A stretch of 64,000 nucleotides of DNA from Bacillota bacterium (GCA_015059375.1 SVAN01000002.1:27328-91327); one strand, 5' to 3'. Positions 39,036 through 49,097 are shown, numbered from the stretch's first letter. A program made the numbers and translations. The notes: a model not told the origin generated them from the sequence alone.

Positions 39036-41372
39036 TTATATTTTAAATTCTCCAATTGCCTTCTTAATATTAGATAAATTACAAATGTTTTCAGCATTAC
39101 CATTTTTGATAATTACAAGTGTAGGAGCTTGTTTAATCTTATATTTTTTGGAAAGTTCAACATTTTCTTCGGCATCAATAAATTTATAATCTATTTTTGC
39201 TTTTTCAAGCAAACTCTTTGCCACAGTACAATTTGGACAAGTTTTTGTTCCAAAAAGCATTACTTCATCCTGACACTTACAATCACAACTAGTTTTATGA
39301 AGCTTTGATTTTTTCATGTCATATACTTCACGCATTTGATACTCTTTTGCTTTACCATCATTCCAATTCTTAACAGGACGATAGTAACCAGTTATACGGC
39401 TATAAACTTCAGTTTCTTCACCACAATCAGGACATTTCCAAACTTCTCCACGAAGATATCCATGTTTTTTACAAACAGAATAAGTTGGTGATAAAGTATA
39501 ATACGGAAGTTTATAATTCTCTGCAATTTTACGTACTAAATTTGCAGCTGCCTCCCAATCATTTAATCTTTCTCCTAAGAAAGCATGGAAAACAGTCCCT
39601 GAAGTATATAATGTTTGAAGTTCATCTTGAATATCTAACGCTTCAAAAATATCATTCGTGTAACCAACTGGTAAGTGACTTGAATTTGTATAGAATGGAG
39701 TTTCATCTGATGCTGTTATGATATCTGGATAAAGAGTTTTATCCTTCTTCGCTAAACGATAAGATGTTGATTCTGCCGGGGTTGCTTCAAGATTATATAA
39801 ATCTCCATATTCTTCTTGATAATCAGATAATTTCTCTCTCATGAAATTAAGTACATCTTTTGTAAACTTTTGAGCTTTTTCATTTGTCAGGTCTTCTTTA
39901 ATCCATTTTGCATTTTGACAAGCTTCATTCATACCTAATAAACCAATTGTTGAAAAATGATTGTTAAAAGTTCCTAAATATCTTTTTGTATATGGATATA
40001 ATCCTTCGTCAAGTAATTTAGTTATAACATTTCTCTTAATTTTTAATGATCTGGCAGATAAATTCATTAATTTTTCTAAGCGGTCATAAAAATCTTTTTC
40101 ATCTTCAGCAAGATATGCGATTCTAGGCATATTAATTGTAACTACACCAACAGAACCTGTAGATTCTCCACTACCAAAGAAACCACCACTTTTCTTTCTA
40201 AGTTCCCTTAAATCAAGTCTTAAACGACAGCACATACTTCTTACGTCAGATGGTTCCATATCACTATTTATATAATTTGAAAAGTATGGAGTCCCATATT
40301 TAGCAGTCATTTCAAATAATAATTTATTATTTTCTGTTTCTTTCCAGTTAAAATCCTTAGTAATTGAGTAAGTAGGAATCGGATATTGGAACCCACGACC
40401 ATTGGCGTCTCCTTCAATCATGATTTCAATAAACGCCTTATTAATCATATCCATTTCTTTTTGACAATCTTTATATTTGAAATCTTGTTCTTCGCCGCCA
40501 ATAATTGCATTTAACTCTGCTAAGTCATTGGGAACAGTCCAATCTAACGTAACATTTGTAAACGGAGCCTGCGTTCCCCACCGTGATGGTGTATTTACTC
40601 CATATACAAACGATTGAATACATTGTTTAACTTCTTTTTGAGTTAGTTTATCTTTTTTTACAAATGGGGCCAAATAGGTATCAAAAGACGAGAAGGCCTG
40701 AGCTCCTGCCCATTCATTTTGCATAATTCCTAAAAAATTAACCATTTGATTACATAATGTACTTAAATGTTTAGCAGGACTACTAGTAATTTTTCCAGGT
40801 ACGCCACCTAAACCTTCAACAATAAGTTGTTTTAAACTCCATCCAGCACAATATCCTGTGAGCATCGATAAGTCATGCAAATGGATATCACAATTACGAT
40901 GCGCATTGGCAATTTCCTCATCATAAACTTCCGATAACCAGTAATTTGCTGTTATAGCTCCAGAATTACTTAAAATCAATCCCCCAACAGAGTATGTTAC
41001 AGTCGAATTTTCTTTAACTCGCCAATCTGTTACATTGATATAACTGTTAACAACTTGTTTATAATCTAAAATAGTTGATTGCATAGCTCTTTGTTTTTCA
41101 TGTAGTTTACGATATAAAATATACGCTTTAGCAACTTCGGTATAACCAGCCTTAGATAAAACTGTTTCAACACTATCTTGTATATCTTCAACATTAATGA
41201 TATTATCCTTAATTTTTGAAACAAAGTCAGCAGTAACTTTTAACGCAAGAAAATCTACTACTCCCTCATCATAATTTACCTCTTCAGCTTCAAAAGCCTT
41301 AATAATAGCATCAGTTATTTTTGCTATATCAAATGGAACAATTTTTCCATCTCTCTTTCTTACTTTATACAT
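39036..41372 (-). CDS. nrdD: anaerobic ribonucleoside-triphosphate reductase NrdD with fused C-terminal glutaredoxin/NrdH-like domain
   Basis: N-terminal ATP-cone, catalytic loop SMCCRLRLD, EATPAES, Zn-ribbon CPDCG and glycyl-radical region SRITGYYRP. An extra ~80 aa tail carries CPNC. Confidence 0.9.
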   Translation of the reverse strand: MYKVRKRDGKIVPFDIAKITDAIIKAFEAEEVNYDEGVVDFLALKVTADFVSKIKDNIINVEDIQDSVETVLSKAGYTEVAKAYILYRKLHEKQRAMQSTILDYKQVVNSYINVTDWRVKENSTVTYSVGGLILSNSGAITANYWLSEVYDEEIANAHRNCDIHLHDLSMLTGYCAGWSLKQLIVEGLGGVPGKITSSPAKHLSTLCNQMVNFLGIMQNEWAGAQAFSSFDTYLAPFVKKDKLTQKEVKQCIQSFVYGVNTPSRWGTQAPFTNVTLDWTVPNDLAELNAIIGGEEQDFKYKDCQKEMDMINKAFIEIMIEGDANGRGFQYPIPTYSITKDFNWKETENNKLLFEMTAKYGTPYFSNYINSDMEPSDVRSMCCRLRLDLRELRKKSGGFFGSGESTGSVGVVTINMPRIAYLAEDEKDFYDRLEKLMNLSARSLKIKRNVITKLLDEGLYPYTKRYLGTFNNHFSTIGLLGMNEACQNAKWIKEDLTNEKAQKFTKDVLNFMREKLSDYQEEYGDLYNLEATPAESTSYRLAKKDKTLYPDIITASDETPFYTNSSHLPVGYTNDIFEALDIQDELQTLYTSGTVFHAFLGERLNDWEAAANLVRKIAENYKLPYYTLSPTYSVCKKHGYLRGEVWKCPDCGEETEVYSRITGYYRPVKNWNDGKAKEYQMREVYDMKKSKLHKTSCDCKCQDEVMLFGTKTCPNCTVAKSLLEKAKIDYKFIDAEENVELSKKYKIKQAPTLVIIKNGNAENICNLSNIKKAIGEFKI

Positions 41373-41403
41373 ATTTCCTCCTCCTTAAATTCGTATAAAT
41401 ACT

Positions 41404-42093
41404 TTATATTCCTCTAACGCTTACGTTAGGAAACTTTCTTTTTAATATCGCTTCAATATTTAACAAAACATCATTAGTATACGCTACAAGATTTTTGTCT
41501 AATACAGATTCTTTGTCTTCAAAATTTTGCAAATAATATTTTTCATTTTTTCCTAAGTATTCGCAAATTTTAGTTAACCTCTCAATATCATGATAATTTT
41601 TCATAATTGTCGTTCTAAATTCATGTTCAACATTAGATGCTTTTATTATCTCAATACTTTTTTTAACATTATCAATATTTACTTTTTTCATATTAACAAC
41701 AAGATTATATTCATCAAAAATGTTTTTTACATCCATAGCAATATAATCGATTAATTTATCATTTAATAGTTTTTTTAATACCTCAGGATTACTTCCATTA
41801 GTATCTAATTTTACGCATAATCCAATATCTTTTATTTTCCTAATAAAACTTATCAAATCGGGTTGAATAGTAGGCTCCCCGCCACTAATAACAACACCAT
41901 CCAATAAATTCTTACGTTTTTGCAAATAAGAAAATATATCATCTTGCTTTATCAGAGCCTGTTTCTTGCATTTAATTAACCCAGAATTTTGACAAAATGC
42001 ACAATTATAATTACAACCTTGGGTAAACACTATACAAGCAATTTTTTTAGGGTAATCTAAAAGGGTTAGCTTGGTTAATCCACTAATATTCAT
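41404..42093 (-). CDS. nrdG: anaerobic RNR activating radical-SAM enzyme
   Basis: CNYNCAFCQN (CxxxCxxC) motif and GGEPT block. Confidence 0.85.
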   Translation of the reverse strand: MNISGLTKLTLLDYPKKIACIVFTQGCNYNCAFCQNSGLIKCKKQALIKQDDIFSYLQKRKNLLDGVVISGGEPTIQPDLISFIRKIKDIGLCVKLDTNGSNPEVLKKLLNDKLIDYIAMDVKNIFDEYNLVVNMKKVNIDNVKKSIEIIKASNVEHEFRTTIMKNYHDIERLTKICEYLGKNEKYYLQNFEDKESVLDKNLVAYTNDVLLNIEAILKRKFPNVSVRGI

Positions 42094-44026
42094 CTTTTCC
42101 TACCACCAATCTTGCAAATTCTATTTTACTACTATTAAGCATTTCTAAAGCATCAGCCACTTTTTTCAAAGTCGCTTTTTTTGATAAATTCATTTGCACC
42201 AATTTACCACCAGCAAACTTTTGCTGATATTTTGCAAGCTCCTTGTAAGTTTCTACCATATCCACATCAAGTAAATCGTACGTTTTCTTATCATTAACTT
42301 CAGCAATGCACCCATATATAGCTTTGTCGATAGCCAGCAATTTTTTCCTTGCCCGAATATCCACTGGCTCACATAAACCAAAGTTTAGTTTTGTTTCTCT
42401 GGTATATAAGTCACATTTTTCGTTTAAATAATTAAGAATGTCACTTAAGATTTTTAATTGCTTCTTAGAATCTTTTTCTAAACAACATACACACTCTTTT
42501 AGACCAATTATTCCTATATTAAGAATTCCATTTTTAATAACTTTTCTAATTTTTTGACCTATTTCCAGTTTTTCATCATCTAAGATATTTCCTTTAAATA
42601 AAACTTGATAATAATTCTTGTTTTTTCCACCAATTGTCTCAAAAGCTAATAACAGTTCATTTTTCACTTGCTCAACTACAATTTCTAATTCGCGATAGAA
42701 TTCATCAATTTTCTTATTATGAAATTTTAATCCTAACCGAGCTAAATTAACAGAGGTTGAACTAACTACCATCCGACCTATCGAATTATTTTCATTATCA
42801 TTAGCATTTTCATAAATTCTAGTTCCATCAATAAAATAGTTTATATCACGATATTTTTGTATAAAATGTATCCCTACCATATCGTTTGTTTCCAAAATTT
42901 TTGCAATTCTAGTTGTTACATCCATATCTAAGCCATTAATTTTAACTATAAAATTTATTTTTAAAAAAGTATTTTTAGATAATATATTATATATTTTTTG
43001 ACACAATAACTTTCCAAAATCGGTATCATCTAAGCCAAAACTTATCGTATATTTAGCTTGACGTTCTGTCCTTAATTCAAGTGCATTAAATATTTTCATC
43101 AAAATTTTAACACTTATTTCATCTACATATGATTTAGCATCTTCGATTGCTGCCCTCATAATTTCTAAAAGATGTTCATTTACCATAAACGCCTGATATT
43201 TTTTTATGTCAATATTATAACTAGTTTCATCATTGATCATTTTTTCTATATTAGAGTAATTTACCAATTCTAAAAAACCCATTAGTTTTAAATATTTTTT
43301 TAAATTATCTTTCAAAGCAGTTTTAAATTTATATAATATAATAGGAGATAACAATCTATCAATATCAATAACAGATATTTCTTCGAACACTTCTTTTTCA
43401 ATTTGAATAATATTGTTTATAAGCAAATCAATATCTGTATCTTCATTTACTTCCAATTTTATATGAACTTTAGGAAAAATACCTAATGAAAAATAATCCA
43501 AATCATGAATGTATATATTTCCTTCTTCAGCAGCCCTAAAGGATTTAGTATCTAAAACATAAGATTTAGCATACTCGCTAGAAATTATCCGACCGAAATC
43601 ATATATCAAATCATTCGCGCACTTCGAGTTATCTTTATTAAGAGTACTTTCTTCAATCTTTTCTATCGCGCGAACAAATTTATGTTGTTGTTTTTCTGCA
43701 AAGACTTTTCGAGATAAAGCGCGCTTTTGACGATAATCTTTAAAAGCATTATAAACATCGTAATACTTTTCATTATATAGCGTAGATTCAATTATATCTT
43801 GAATGTCTTCAACATTAATTGTTTTTCTTTCTCTATAGTTATTATTGATAAAATTTAATACTTTTTCAAAAACTTTAAAAATCTTTTTATCATCACTATT
43901 ATCTACACTATCGAAAGCTTTTTTAATGGCAATAGCCACTTTTGAGGCATTAAAAGCAACACGCTGACCACTTCTCTTAACAACGGTTAATTCTTCTAAA
44001 ACTTCATTATGCATCAACTTCACCAT
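42083..44026 (-). CDS. ATP-cone-containing NrdD paralog lacking catalytic Cys loop, Zn ribbon and glycyl-radical domain
   Basis: ATP-cone VVKRSGQRVAFNASKV. Collinear NrdD blocks (GRMVVSSTSVNLARL ~ GSVGVVTINMPRI; LCEPVD ~ EATPAES). No CCRL loop, and it ends before any RxxGY motif. Confidence 0.65.
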   Translation of the reverse strand: MVKLMHNEVLEELTVVKRSGQRVAFNASKVAIAIKKAFDSVDNSDDKKIFKVFEKVLNFINNNYRERKTINVEDIQDIIESTLYNEKYYDVYNAFKDYRQKRALSRKVFAEKQQHKFVRAIEKIEESTLNKDNSKCANDLIYDFGRIISSEYAKSYVLDTKSFRAAEEGNIYIHDLDYFSLGIFPKVHIKLEVNEDTDIDLLINNIIQIEKEVFEEISVIDIDRLLSPIILYKFKTALKDNLKKYLKLMGFLELVNYSNIEKMINDETSYNIDIKKYQAFMVNEHLLEIMRAAIEDAKSYVDEISVKILMKIFNALELRTERQAKYTISFGLDDTDFGKLLCQKIYNILSKNTFLKINFIVKINGLDMDVTTRIAKILETNDMVGIHFIQKYRDINYFIDGTRIYENANDNENNSIGRMVVSSTSVNLARLGLKFHNKKIDEFYRELEIVVEQVKNELLLAFETIGGKNKNYYQVLFKGNILDDEKLEIGQKIRKVIKNGILNIGIIGLKECVCCLEKDSKKQLKILSDILNYLNEKCDLYTRETKLNFGLCEPVDIRARKKLLAIDKAIYGCIAEVNDKKTYDLLDVDMVETYKELAKYQQKFAGGKLVQMNLSKKATLKKVADALEMLNSSKIEFARLVVGKDEY

Positions 44027-44186
44027 CGCTTCCTACCTTGAAACTATCATAGCACGCAAAGAAAAAATGAGCAATGTTTTTTTGCGTCTTTTTTTACTTT
44101 TTTGTTTCACATGTAAAACTCATTTTTTATTTTTTGGGTAAAAAAAACATTTTATATCCATGAATCCGAGTTTTATCATATGAACA

Positions 44187-44212
44187 TAAAAAAAGCGATC
44201 CAAAATCGCTTT
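44187..44212 (-). terminator. rho-independent terminator
   Basis: agcgat-ccaaa-atcgct hairpin with T7 on the minus strand. Confidence 0.55.
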
Positions 44213-44242
44213 ACAATTTAATTAACAGTTTACTTTACTCTA

Positions 44243-44767
44243 TTAATTTTCTGTTTGAAAATCTTCTATTTTAGAATTAAACCTATCTACTATCTTTTCA
44301 AATTGTTCATAATTTTCTGTTAAATTTCGCTTGCTTTTTTCTAAAAGCATTAACTGTTCTTGGCGATATTTTTCGAAAGCATTTTTATTCTTTTCCAATA
44401 ATTCTCTAGCACTTTGAATTTCGCCAAACGTTCGATTTTTTTCTTGCTCAAAATCAATTTTTATATCTTCAAGATCCTGGTATTCTTTTTTTATTCTCTG
44501 CTCAAACAAAAATTTCATCTCATCAAACTTTTGTCTTTCAAAATCTAGATTTTCTTTTTCAGAAATTAAATTTTCTTTATATGCCACAAAATCAGTCACA
44601 CGCGAATCCGCATTTTCAACTCGGCGCTCTAAATCCTTCAATAGATCTGTTAAGCTATCTTCAGAATTACCTTGCTGTATCAAAATATTCCCCATCACTT
44701 CTTCAGGAAATTGCACTTCCAAAGGATACTCTCCTTTTTCATTTAATTCTAATTCTACACTTACCAT
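44243..44767 (-). CDS. coiled-coil protein of unknown function
   Basis: E/K/Q-rich heptad-like sequence. 174 aa. Confidence 0.5.
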   Translation of the reverse strand: MVSVELELNEKGEYPLEVQFPEEVMGNILIQQGNSEDSLTDLLKDLERRVENADSRVTDFVAYKENLISEKENLDFERQKFDEMKFLFEQRIKKEYQDLEDIKIDFEQEKNRTFGEIQSARELLEKNKNAFEKYRQEQLMLLEKSKRNLTENYEQFEKIVDRFNSKIEDFQTEN

Positions 44768-44860
44768 TATATCCCTCTTATTCAGTTTAATTTTACTACA
44801 TCACAGCACTTTTATCAATAAATTTTGCAACCTAAAAAAGACCCTCACAGCCTTTTCTAC

Positions 44861-45433
44861 TTATTTACGCCGATTAGTTATTTTATCAATATGTTTATCA
44901 AATAAACATGTTATTTGGCCGCCATTAACCGGCTCTAAAATATAGCCCATTTTTCCAACAGCAGTCATATATTCAGCATTAGTTTTGGGAACTTCAAATG
45001 TAAGCATTTCGATGTTTTGCAACTCTTTAATAGCGTTTTCTACTTCAGCAATAAATGATGTATATAATTCCTCTTTTTGTTTATTAGCCATATTATCTTC
45101 AATAAGAACAATTTCACCCATTAAAGCATTATTTTCATTGTTAGGCACTCCTAATTTAACACGACCCACTGCTAGCAGGTTAGAGTTCATATCATACGCG
45201 CCAAGCATAATACATTTCAATTCATTATAAGCCATGGCAATAGCATTAACAGTCCGATTATAGTTGCTATCTATTATTAGTGTTAATGGCGTTGGATTAC
45301 CACCAGCTTTTAGCATTTTTTTAGTACTAGCACTAAAATTTGTTTTACCAAATAATTTTTCAAAAAATTTATAATACGAAAGATATACTGGTTCTAATTC
45401 TTCTTGTTGTAATATTTTTAAATAAATTTCCAT
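44861..45433 (-). CDS. hypothetical protein
   Basis: 190 aa ORF with no clear motif. Confidence 0.45.
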   Translation of the reverse strand: MEIYLKILQQEELEPVYLSYYKFFEKLFGKTNFSASTKKMLKAGGNPTPLTLIIDSNYNRTVNAIAMAYNELKCIMLGAYDMNSNLLAVGRVKLGVPNNENNALMGEIVLIEDNMANKQKEELYTSFIAEVENAIKELQNIEMLTFEVPKTNAEYMTAVGKMGYILEPVNGGQITCLFDKHIDKITNRRK

Positions 45434-45483
45434 AAAAGCCCTCCATGAGCAGTATCTATTTTAACACAAAACTTTTACTTAGT

Positions 45484-47196
45484 CTATTCTTCCTCTTGTA
45501 ACTTTTTAAAATCAATTTTTCCCATTTTTGTTTTGGGCAAAGATTTTCTAAAATCATACTTATATGGTTGTTCAAATTTTGCTAAATGTTTCTCACAATA
45601 TTGTTTGATACTAGCCCTAACAATTGGAGTATCTATATAATCGTTTTTCAAAACTATACAAGCTTTAGCAACTTCAACTTTATACGGATGAGGGATTCCG
45701 ACAACAGTACAACTAAGAACAGCTTCATGGTTTTCTATGGTTTCTTCGATATGTTTTGGGTAAACATTATATCCACTGGTTATAATCATTCTTTTTAATC
45801 TTTGTTTGTAAAAAATCATTCCCTCTTTGTTAACGCTACCAATATCACCAGTGTGCAACCATAAAAAACCATCATCATGTATTTGTAACGCATTGTTAGT
45901 TTCTTCTTCATTATTCAAATATCCCAGCATCATCGTAGGTCCACTAACACAAATTTCTCCATCTTCACCATCTTTTACTTCTTTTTGACTAAATGGTTCC
46001 ACAATTTTAATATCAGTTCCTGGCGTTGGAATTCCAATGCACCCAGGCTCATCACATTTATCTATATTTATTACCACACCAGCTAAGCATTCAGTCATTC
46101 CATAACCTTGTGAAACGGTTATCTCAGCTTTATGCTTTTTAAAATAGTCATTAATTCTTTTTTGCAAATTACCTGATAGACTATCTCCACCACAAATCGC
46201 ATATTTTAAATATGACAAGTCTAAATTATCATCGTCATTTTTTAGCATTCCCTCATACAATGTTGGAACGCCAAAAACTATATTTGGTTTATATTTATTA
46301 ATTATCTTGCCAAATTCGCCCACTTTAAATTTAGGTATCAAAACATCTTCAATTCCCATGCATAGTGGTGCATGAACCCCTAAGGCTAAGCCAAATCCAT
46401 GGAAAACAGGCAGAATGGCCAAAGCACGATCTTGAGGCTGCAATTTCTTTACAATTACTTTTGCTTGAACCACCATAGCATTAACACTACCATTAGATAA
46501 AACAATCCCTTTAGCAACCCCAGTGGTGCCACCGCTTTGCAAAATCAATGCTGGTTCTTCCCTTACATCTGCCGTTCTTCGAGGATTGACCTCATCGGTA
46601 TGCATCTTTAAAAATTTTTTCCAACTCATAAATATCTGTGGATTTGGTTTATTATATTTTCTCATCGTCGCCATTTTATAACCCGCTTTTAAATAAAATG
46701 GCATACTTGATCCTGCGCTAACGCCAACTATACGCTCTACTTTTGTATCGCCTAAATAATGATTAAGTTTTTCGTACGCAGCATCAATAACAATAACAAC
46801 CTTACTTCCAGTATTCTTTAAGCATTCATCAATTTCTGTTTCACTTGATAAAGGATGAATCATATTACTTACAGCACCAATTTTGTTTACTGCATAAAAT
46901 GCAATTACCGCCTCCGGCGTATTCGGCATCACAATAGTAACAATATCAAATTTTTTCACACCTAAACACATTAACGAATCAGCTACATCATCAATTTGTT
47001 TTAACATTTTTCCATAAGTTGCTCTTCTTCCAAAATAATTATATGCTTTATGCTCTAAATGTTTATGGGCATACTCATAGAACATCTCGTATACGGTTAA
47101 ATTAGGAACTTCAACTTTGCGCTCACCTTTAGAATAATAGTCTGCCCATTTAGAGTAAGCTTTGATTTTTCTTTTAATTTTACTTAATATAATCAT
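45484..47196 (-). CDS. AMP-dependent acyl-CoA synthetase/ligase, paralog of 2560-4299
   Basis: QSGGTTGVAKG and GYGMTE motifs. Collinear with the other FadD-like protein. Confidence 0.85.
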   Translation of the reverse strand: MIILSKIKRKIKAYSKWADYYSKGERKVEVPNLTVYEMFYEYAHKHLEHKAYNYFGRRATYGKMLKQIDDVADSLMCLGVKKFDIVTIVMPNTPEAVIAFYAVNKIGAVSNMIHPLSSETEIDECLKNTGSKVVIVIDAAYEKLNHYLGDTKVERIVGVSAGSSMPFYLKAGYKMATMRKYNKPNPQIFMSWKKFLKMHTDEVNPRRTADVREEPALILQSGGTTGVAKGIVLSNGSVNAMVVQAKVIVKKLQPQDRALAILPVFHGFGLALGVHAPLCMGIEDVLIPKFKVGEFGKIINKYKPNIVFGVPTLYEGMLKNDDDNLDLSYLKYAICGGDSLSGNLQKRINDYFKKHKAEITVSQGYGMTECLAGVVINIDKCDEPGCIGIPTPGTDIKIVEPFSQKEVKDGEDGEICVSGPTMMLGYLNNEEETNNALQIHDDGFLWLHTGDIGSVNKEGMIFYKQRLKRMIITSGYNVYPKHIEETIENHEAVLSCTVVGIPHPYKVEVAKACIVLKNDYIDTPIVRASIKQYCEKHLAKFEQPYKYDFRKSLPKTKMGKIDFKKLQEEE

Positions 47197-47284
47197 ATAT
47201 CCTCCGTTTTAATATCTCCTTCATTATAACACTATCATATATTTTTAGTAACTAAAGCATCAATAAAATCACATTTTTTTCAAC

Positions 47285-47318
47285 AAAAAACATCTATTTT
47301 AAAAAATAGATGTTTTAT
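47285..47318 (-). terminator. terminator following the displaced tRNA-Cys 3' half
   Basis: 12 bp stem aacatctatttt/aaaatagatgtt with a T-run on the minus strand. Confidence 0.55.
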
Positions 47319-47324
47319 TTACTA

Positions 47325-47368
47325 TGGAGGAACCAACCAGATTTGAACTGGTGCTCAGGGTGTTGCAG
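47325..47368 (-). pseudogene. 3' half of a disrupted tRNA-Cys (anticodon loop to CCA), one att junction
   Basis: The minus strand reads CTGCAAC-ACCCT-GAGC-ACCAG-TTCAAAT-CTGGT-TGGTTCC-T-CCA. TGGTTCC pairs with GGAACCA at 63354-63360. Confidence 0.8.
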
Positions 47369-47498
47369 TCCCATACATACCTATTTAGTTATTATATAAA
47401 ATTCATTAAAACCTAGGTAAATAAAGGGTTTAGTAGAAGTTTGTATAAATCGATATTACTATCATTTTATTAAAATTTACTACTAAATTATCATCAAG

Positions 47499-47523
47499 TG
47501 ATACGTTTTTGATACGTTTTTTT
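47499..47523 (+). repeat. tandem GATACGTTTT(T) repeat (putative integrase arm-type site), left arm
   Basis: gtGATACGTTTTTGATACGTTTTTtt. The same tandem recurs at 63053-63076 and 63221-63243. Confidence 0.6.
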
Positions 47524-47571
47524 GAATATGTATTAACAAATAAACTCATTGTGTAACTTCAGTTTATTTGA

Positions 47572-47587
47572 TGATATAATTATATCA
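47572..47587. promoter_or_regulatory. perfect 16 bp palindrome overlapping a TATAAT box (possible operator)
   Basis: TGATATAATTATATCA, 22 nt upstream of the first element ORF. Confidence 0.3.
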
Positions 47588-47609
47588 TTTAAAGATAGGA
47601 AAAAACAAT

Positions 47610-47894
47610 ATGTCTTATGTGGAAAATGATTTAATTCAAACTATAATAGATGATTTAATATTTCTTAATAAGAAGTATGGCAAAAAGATGTTTATAGTTA
47701 AATTGGGTAATCAATGTATAGATATAACATATAACAAAAGAACCTTTAATTTGTATATCTTACATAAAAATAATAATATACTATTACATTTAAAGTACTT
47801 AAATAAATTGATTTATGAAATAGATATAAGTATAGGCATTAGAAGATACTCTATTAAATTAGTAATGAGAGCAATTAAAAAGTATAAGCCATAA
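47610..47894 (+). CDS. hypothetical protein (element)
   Basis: 94 aa ORF with RBS aggaaaa. Confidence 0.45.
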   Translation: MSYVENDLIQTIIDDLIFLNKKYGKKMFIVKLGNQCIDITYNKRTFNLYILHKNNNILLHLKYLNKLIYEIDISIGIRRYSIKLVMRAIKKYKP

Positions 47895-48021
47895 TTAAAT
47901 GTATCTCTTTTAAACTCTAGGAAAAGATTAGTTAAAGTAATATAAATTATTAAATTAATCTGTTTCGTTTATCCATGATATCCCAAATTAATCCAGGATA
48001 ATAAATTTTAACTAATTAAAA

Positions 48022-48046
48022 TAAAAAACGATAAATAGATTATCGC
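48022..48046 (-). terminator. terminator of the XRE repressor gene
   Basis: cgataa-ataga-ttatcg hairpin plus T6 on the minus strand. Confidence 0.5.
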
Positions 48047-48060
48047 TTTAGATTACATTA

Positions 48061-48074
48061 CTTACAAACTTACA
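48061..48074 (-). repeat. TGTAAGTTTGTAAG motif, copy 1
   Basis: Exact 14-mer on the minus strand, 15 nt downstream of the XRE gene stop. Confidence 0.7.
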
Positions 48075-48088
48075 CACTTTTCCATATA

Positions 48089-48379
48089 TTAGTATTTAGT
48101 TTTAGGTTTTCTTGTACCTGTTACTTCATCTAATCTATTAGGTGTATTATAATGTGATTCATCATCTTTTAATAATAGATAAGTATCTATGTTTAGAGCA
48201 AGTGCTAGGTCGTCTAACTTTTCAAGACTAGGACAAAACTGTCCTCTTTCAAGGTCTGATATGTATTTATCAGTTAAATCTGTTTTTATAGCTAGGTCAA
48301 CTTGTGTCATCTTATTTTCAATTCTATAATATCTTAGATTAATTCTAAAAATTTCTCTTATATCTTTTCTTATACTCAC
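48089..48379 (-). CDS. XRE-family HTH transcriptional regulator (cI-like repressor)
   Basis: MTQVDLAIKTDLTDKYISDLERGQFCPSLEKLDDLALALNI HTH. Divergent from the replication genes. Confidence 0.8.
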   Translation of the reverse strand: MSIRKDIREIFRINLRYYRIENKMTQVDLAIKTDLTDKYISDLERGQFCPSLEKLDDLALALNIDTYLLLKDDESHYNTPNRLDEVTGTRKPKTKY

Positions 48380-48620
48380 AGTTTTACCACCACCTTATGT
48401 AGTTTAATTATAAGGATTTCACTTTATGATACACACCTAGTCAAAAAGTGATATTATTTATATCTCTTTTAAATTCTGGTTAATGTTTTTAGTATTTTAA
48501 TGTATTTATATTTCAAAGGTATTTCGTTTAATAGGGATTAAATGGGATATCTTTTTTATATATGTTAAAGTTTATAAAAACTGATTATAATAATCTAATG
48601 AATTTAGAAAGGTTGATTTG

Positions 48621-49028
48621 ATGAATGATATTATATTTGATGATACAAAGAACGAAAACAATAAACTCATTTATGTATATAGTGAAGATAAAGACAAAAG
48701 AAATAAAATCTTAAAAGTTATAAATGATTCTCTACTAAATACAAGATTAGCAGTGATGATAAATACAAAAGAATTTATAGATAATAAGAATATTCTTGAA
48801 GATATAAAGAATAATGATATTGATACTTTTATAGTTGATGATATTGAACTATTAAGTAATGATTATGAATTACAAACTTTATTCTTTAATACATTTAATC
48901 ACTTATATACTTATGATAAAAAATTAATATTACTATCAAGTCTATCTCCGACTAAACTTATTGGATTTAATAAGAGATTAAAAGCAAGATTATCTTGGGG
49001 TAAGGTTTATTGTTTAGATGATATTTAA
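48621..49028 (+). CDS. DnaA AAA+ domain-III-only homolog lacking a Walker A P-loop
   Basis: IDTFIVDDIELL, LQTLFFNTFNHL, KKLILLSSLSP and RLKARLSWG parallel DnaA LLIDDIQF, EEFFHTFN, QI.LTSD..P and RL.SRF.WG. The P-loop position reads YSEDKDKRNK. Confidence 0.65.
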   Translation: MNDIIFDDTKNENNKLIYVYSEDKDKRNKILKVINDSLLNTRLAVMINTKEFIDNKNILEDIKNNDIDTFIVDDIELLSNDYELQTLFFNTFNHLYTYDKKLILLSSLSPTKLIGFNKRLKARLSWGKVYCLDDI

Positions 49029-49097
49029 GAATAAAAATGATGTTAAATATTTTAAAAATTAATTATAATAAGCCCTAATTGAAAGTTTAGTGATAGT

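Noticed and set aside
44027-44240. NrdR box or B12 riboswitch upstream of the nrd operon
   Set aside because: I could not find the palindromic NrdR-box pattern or B12-box-like sequence. Only AT-rich promoter-like sequence is present.
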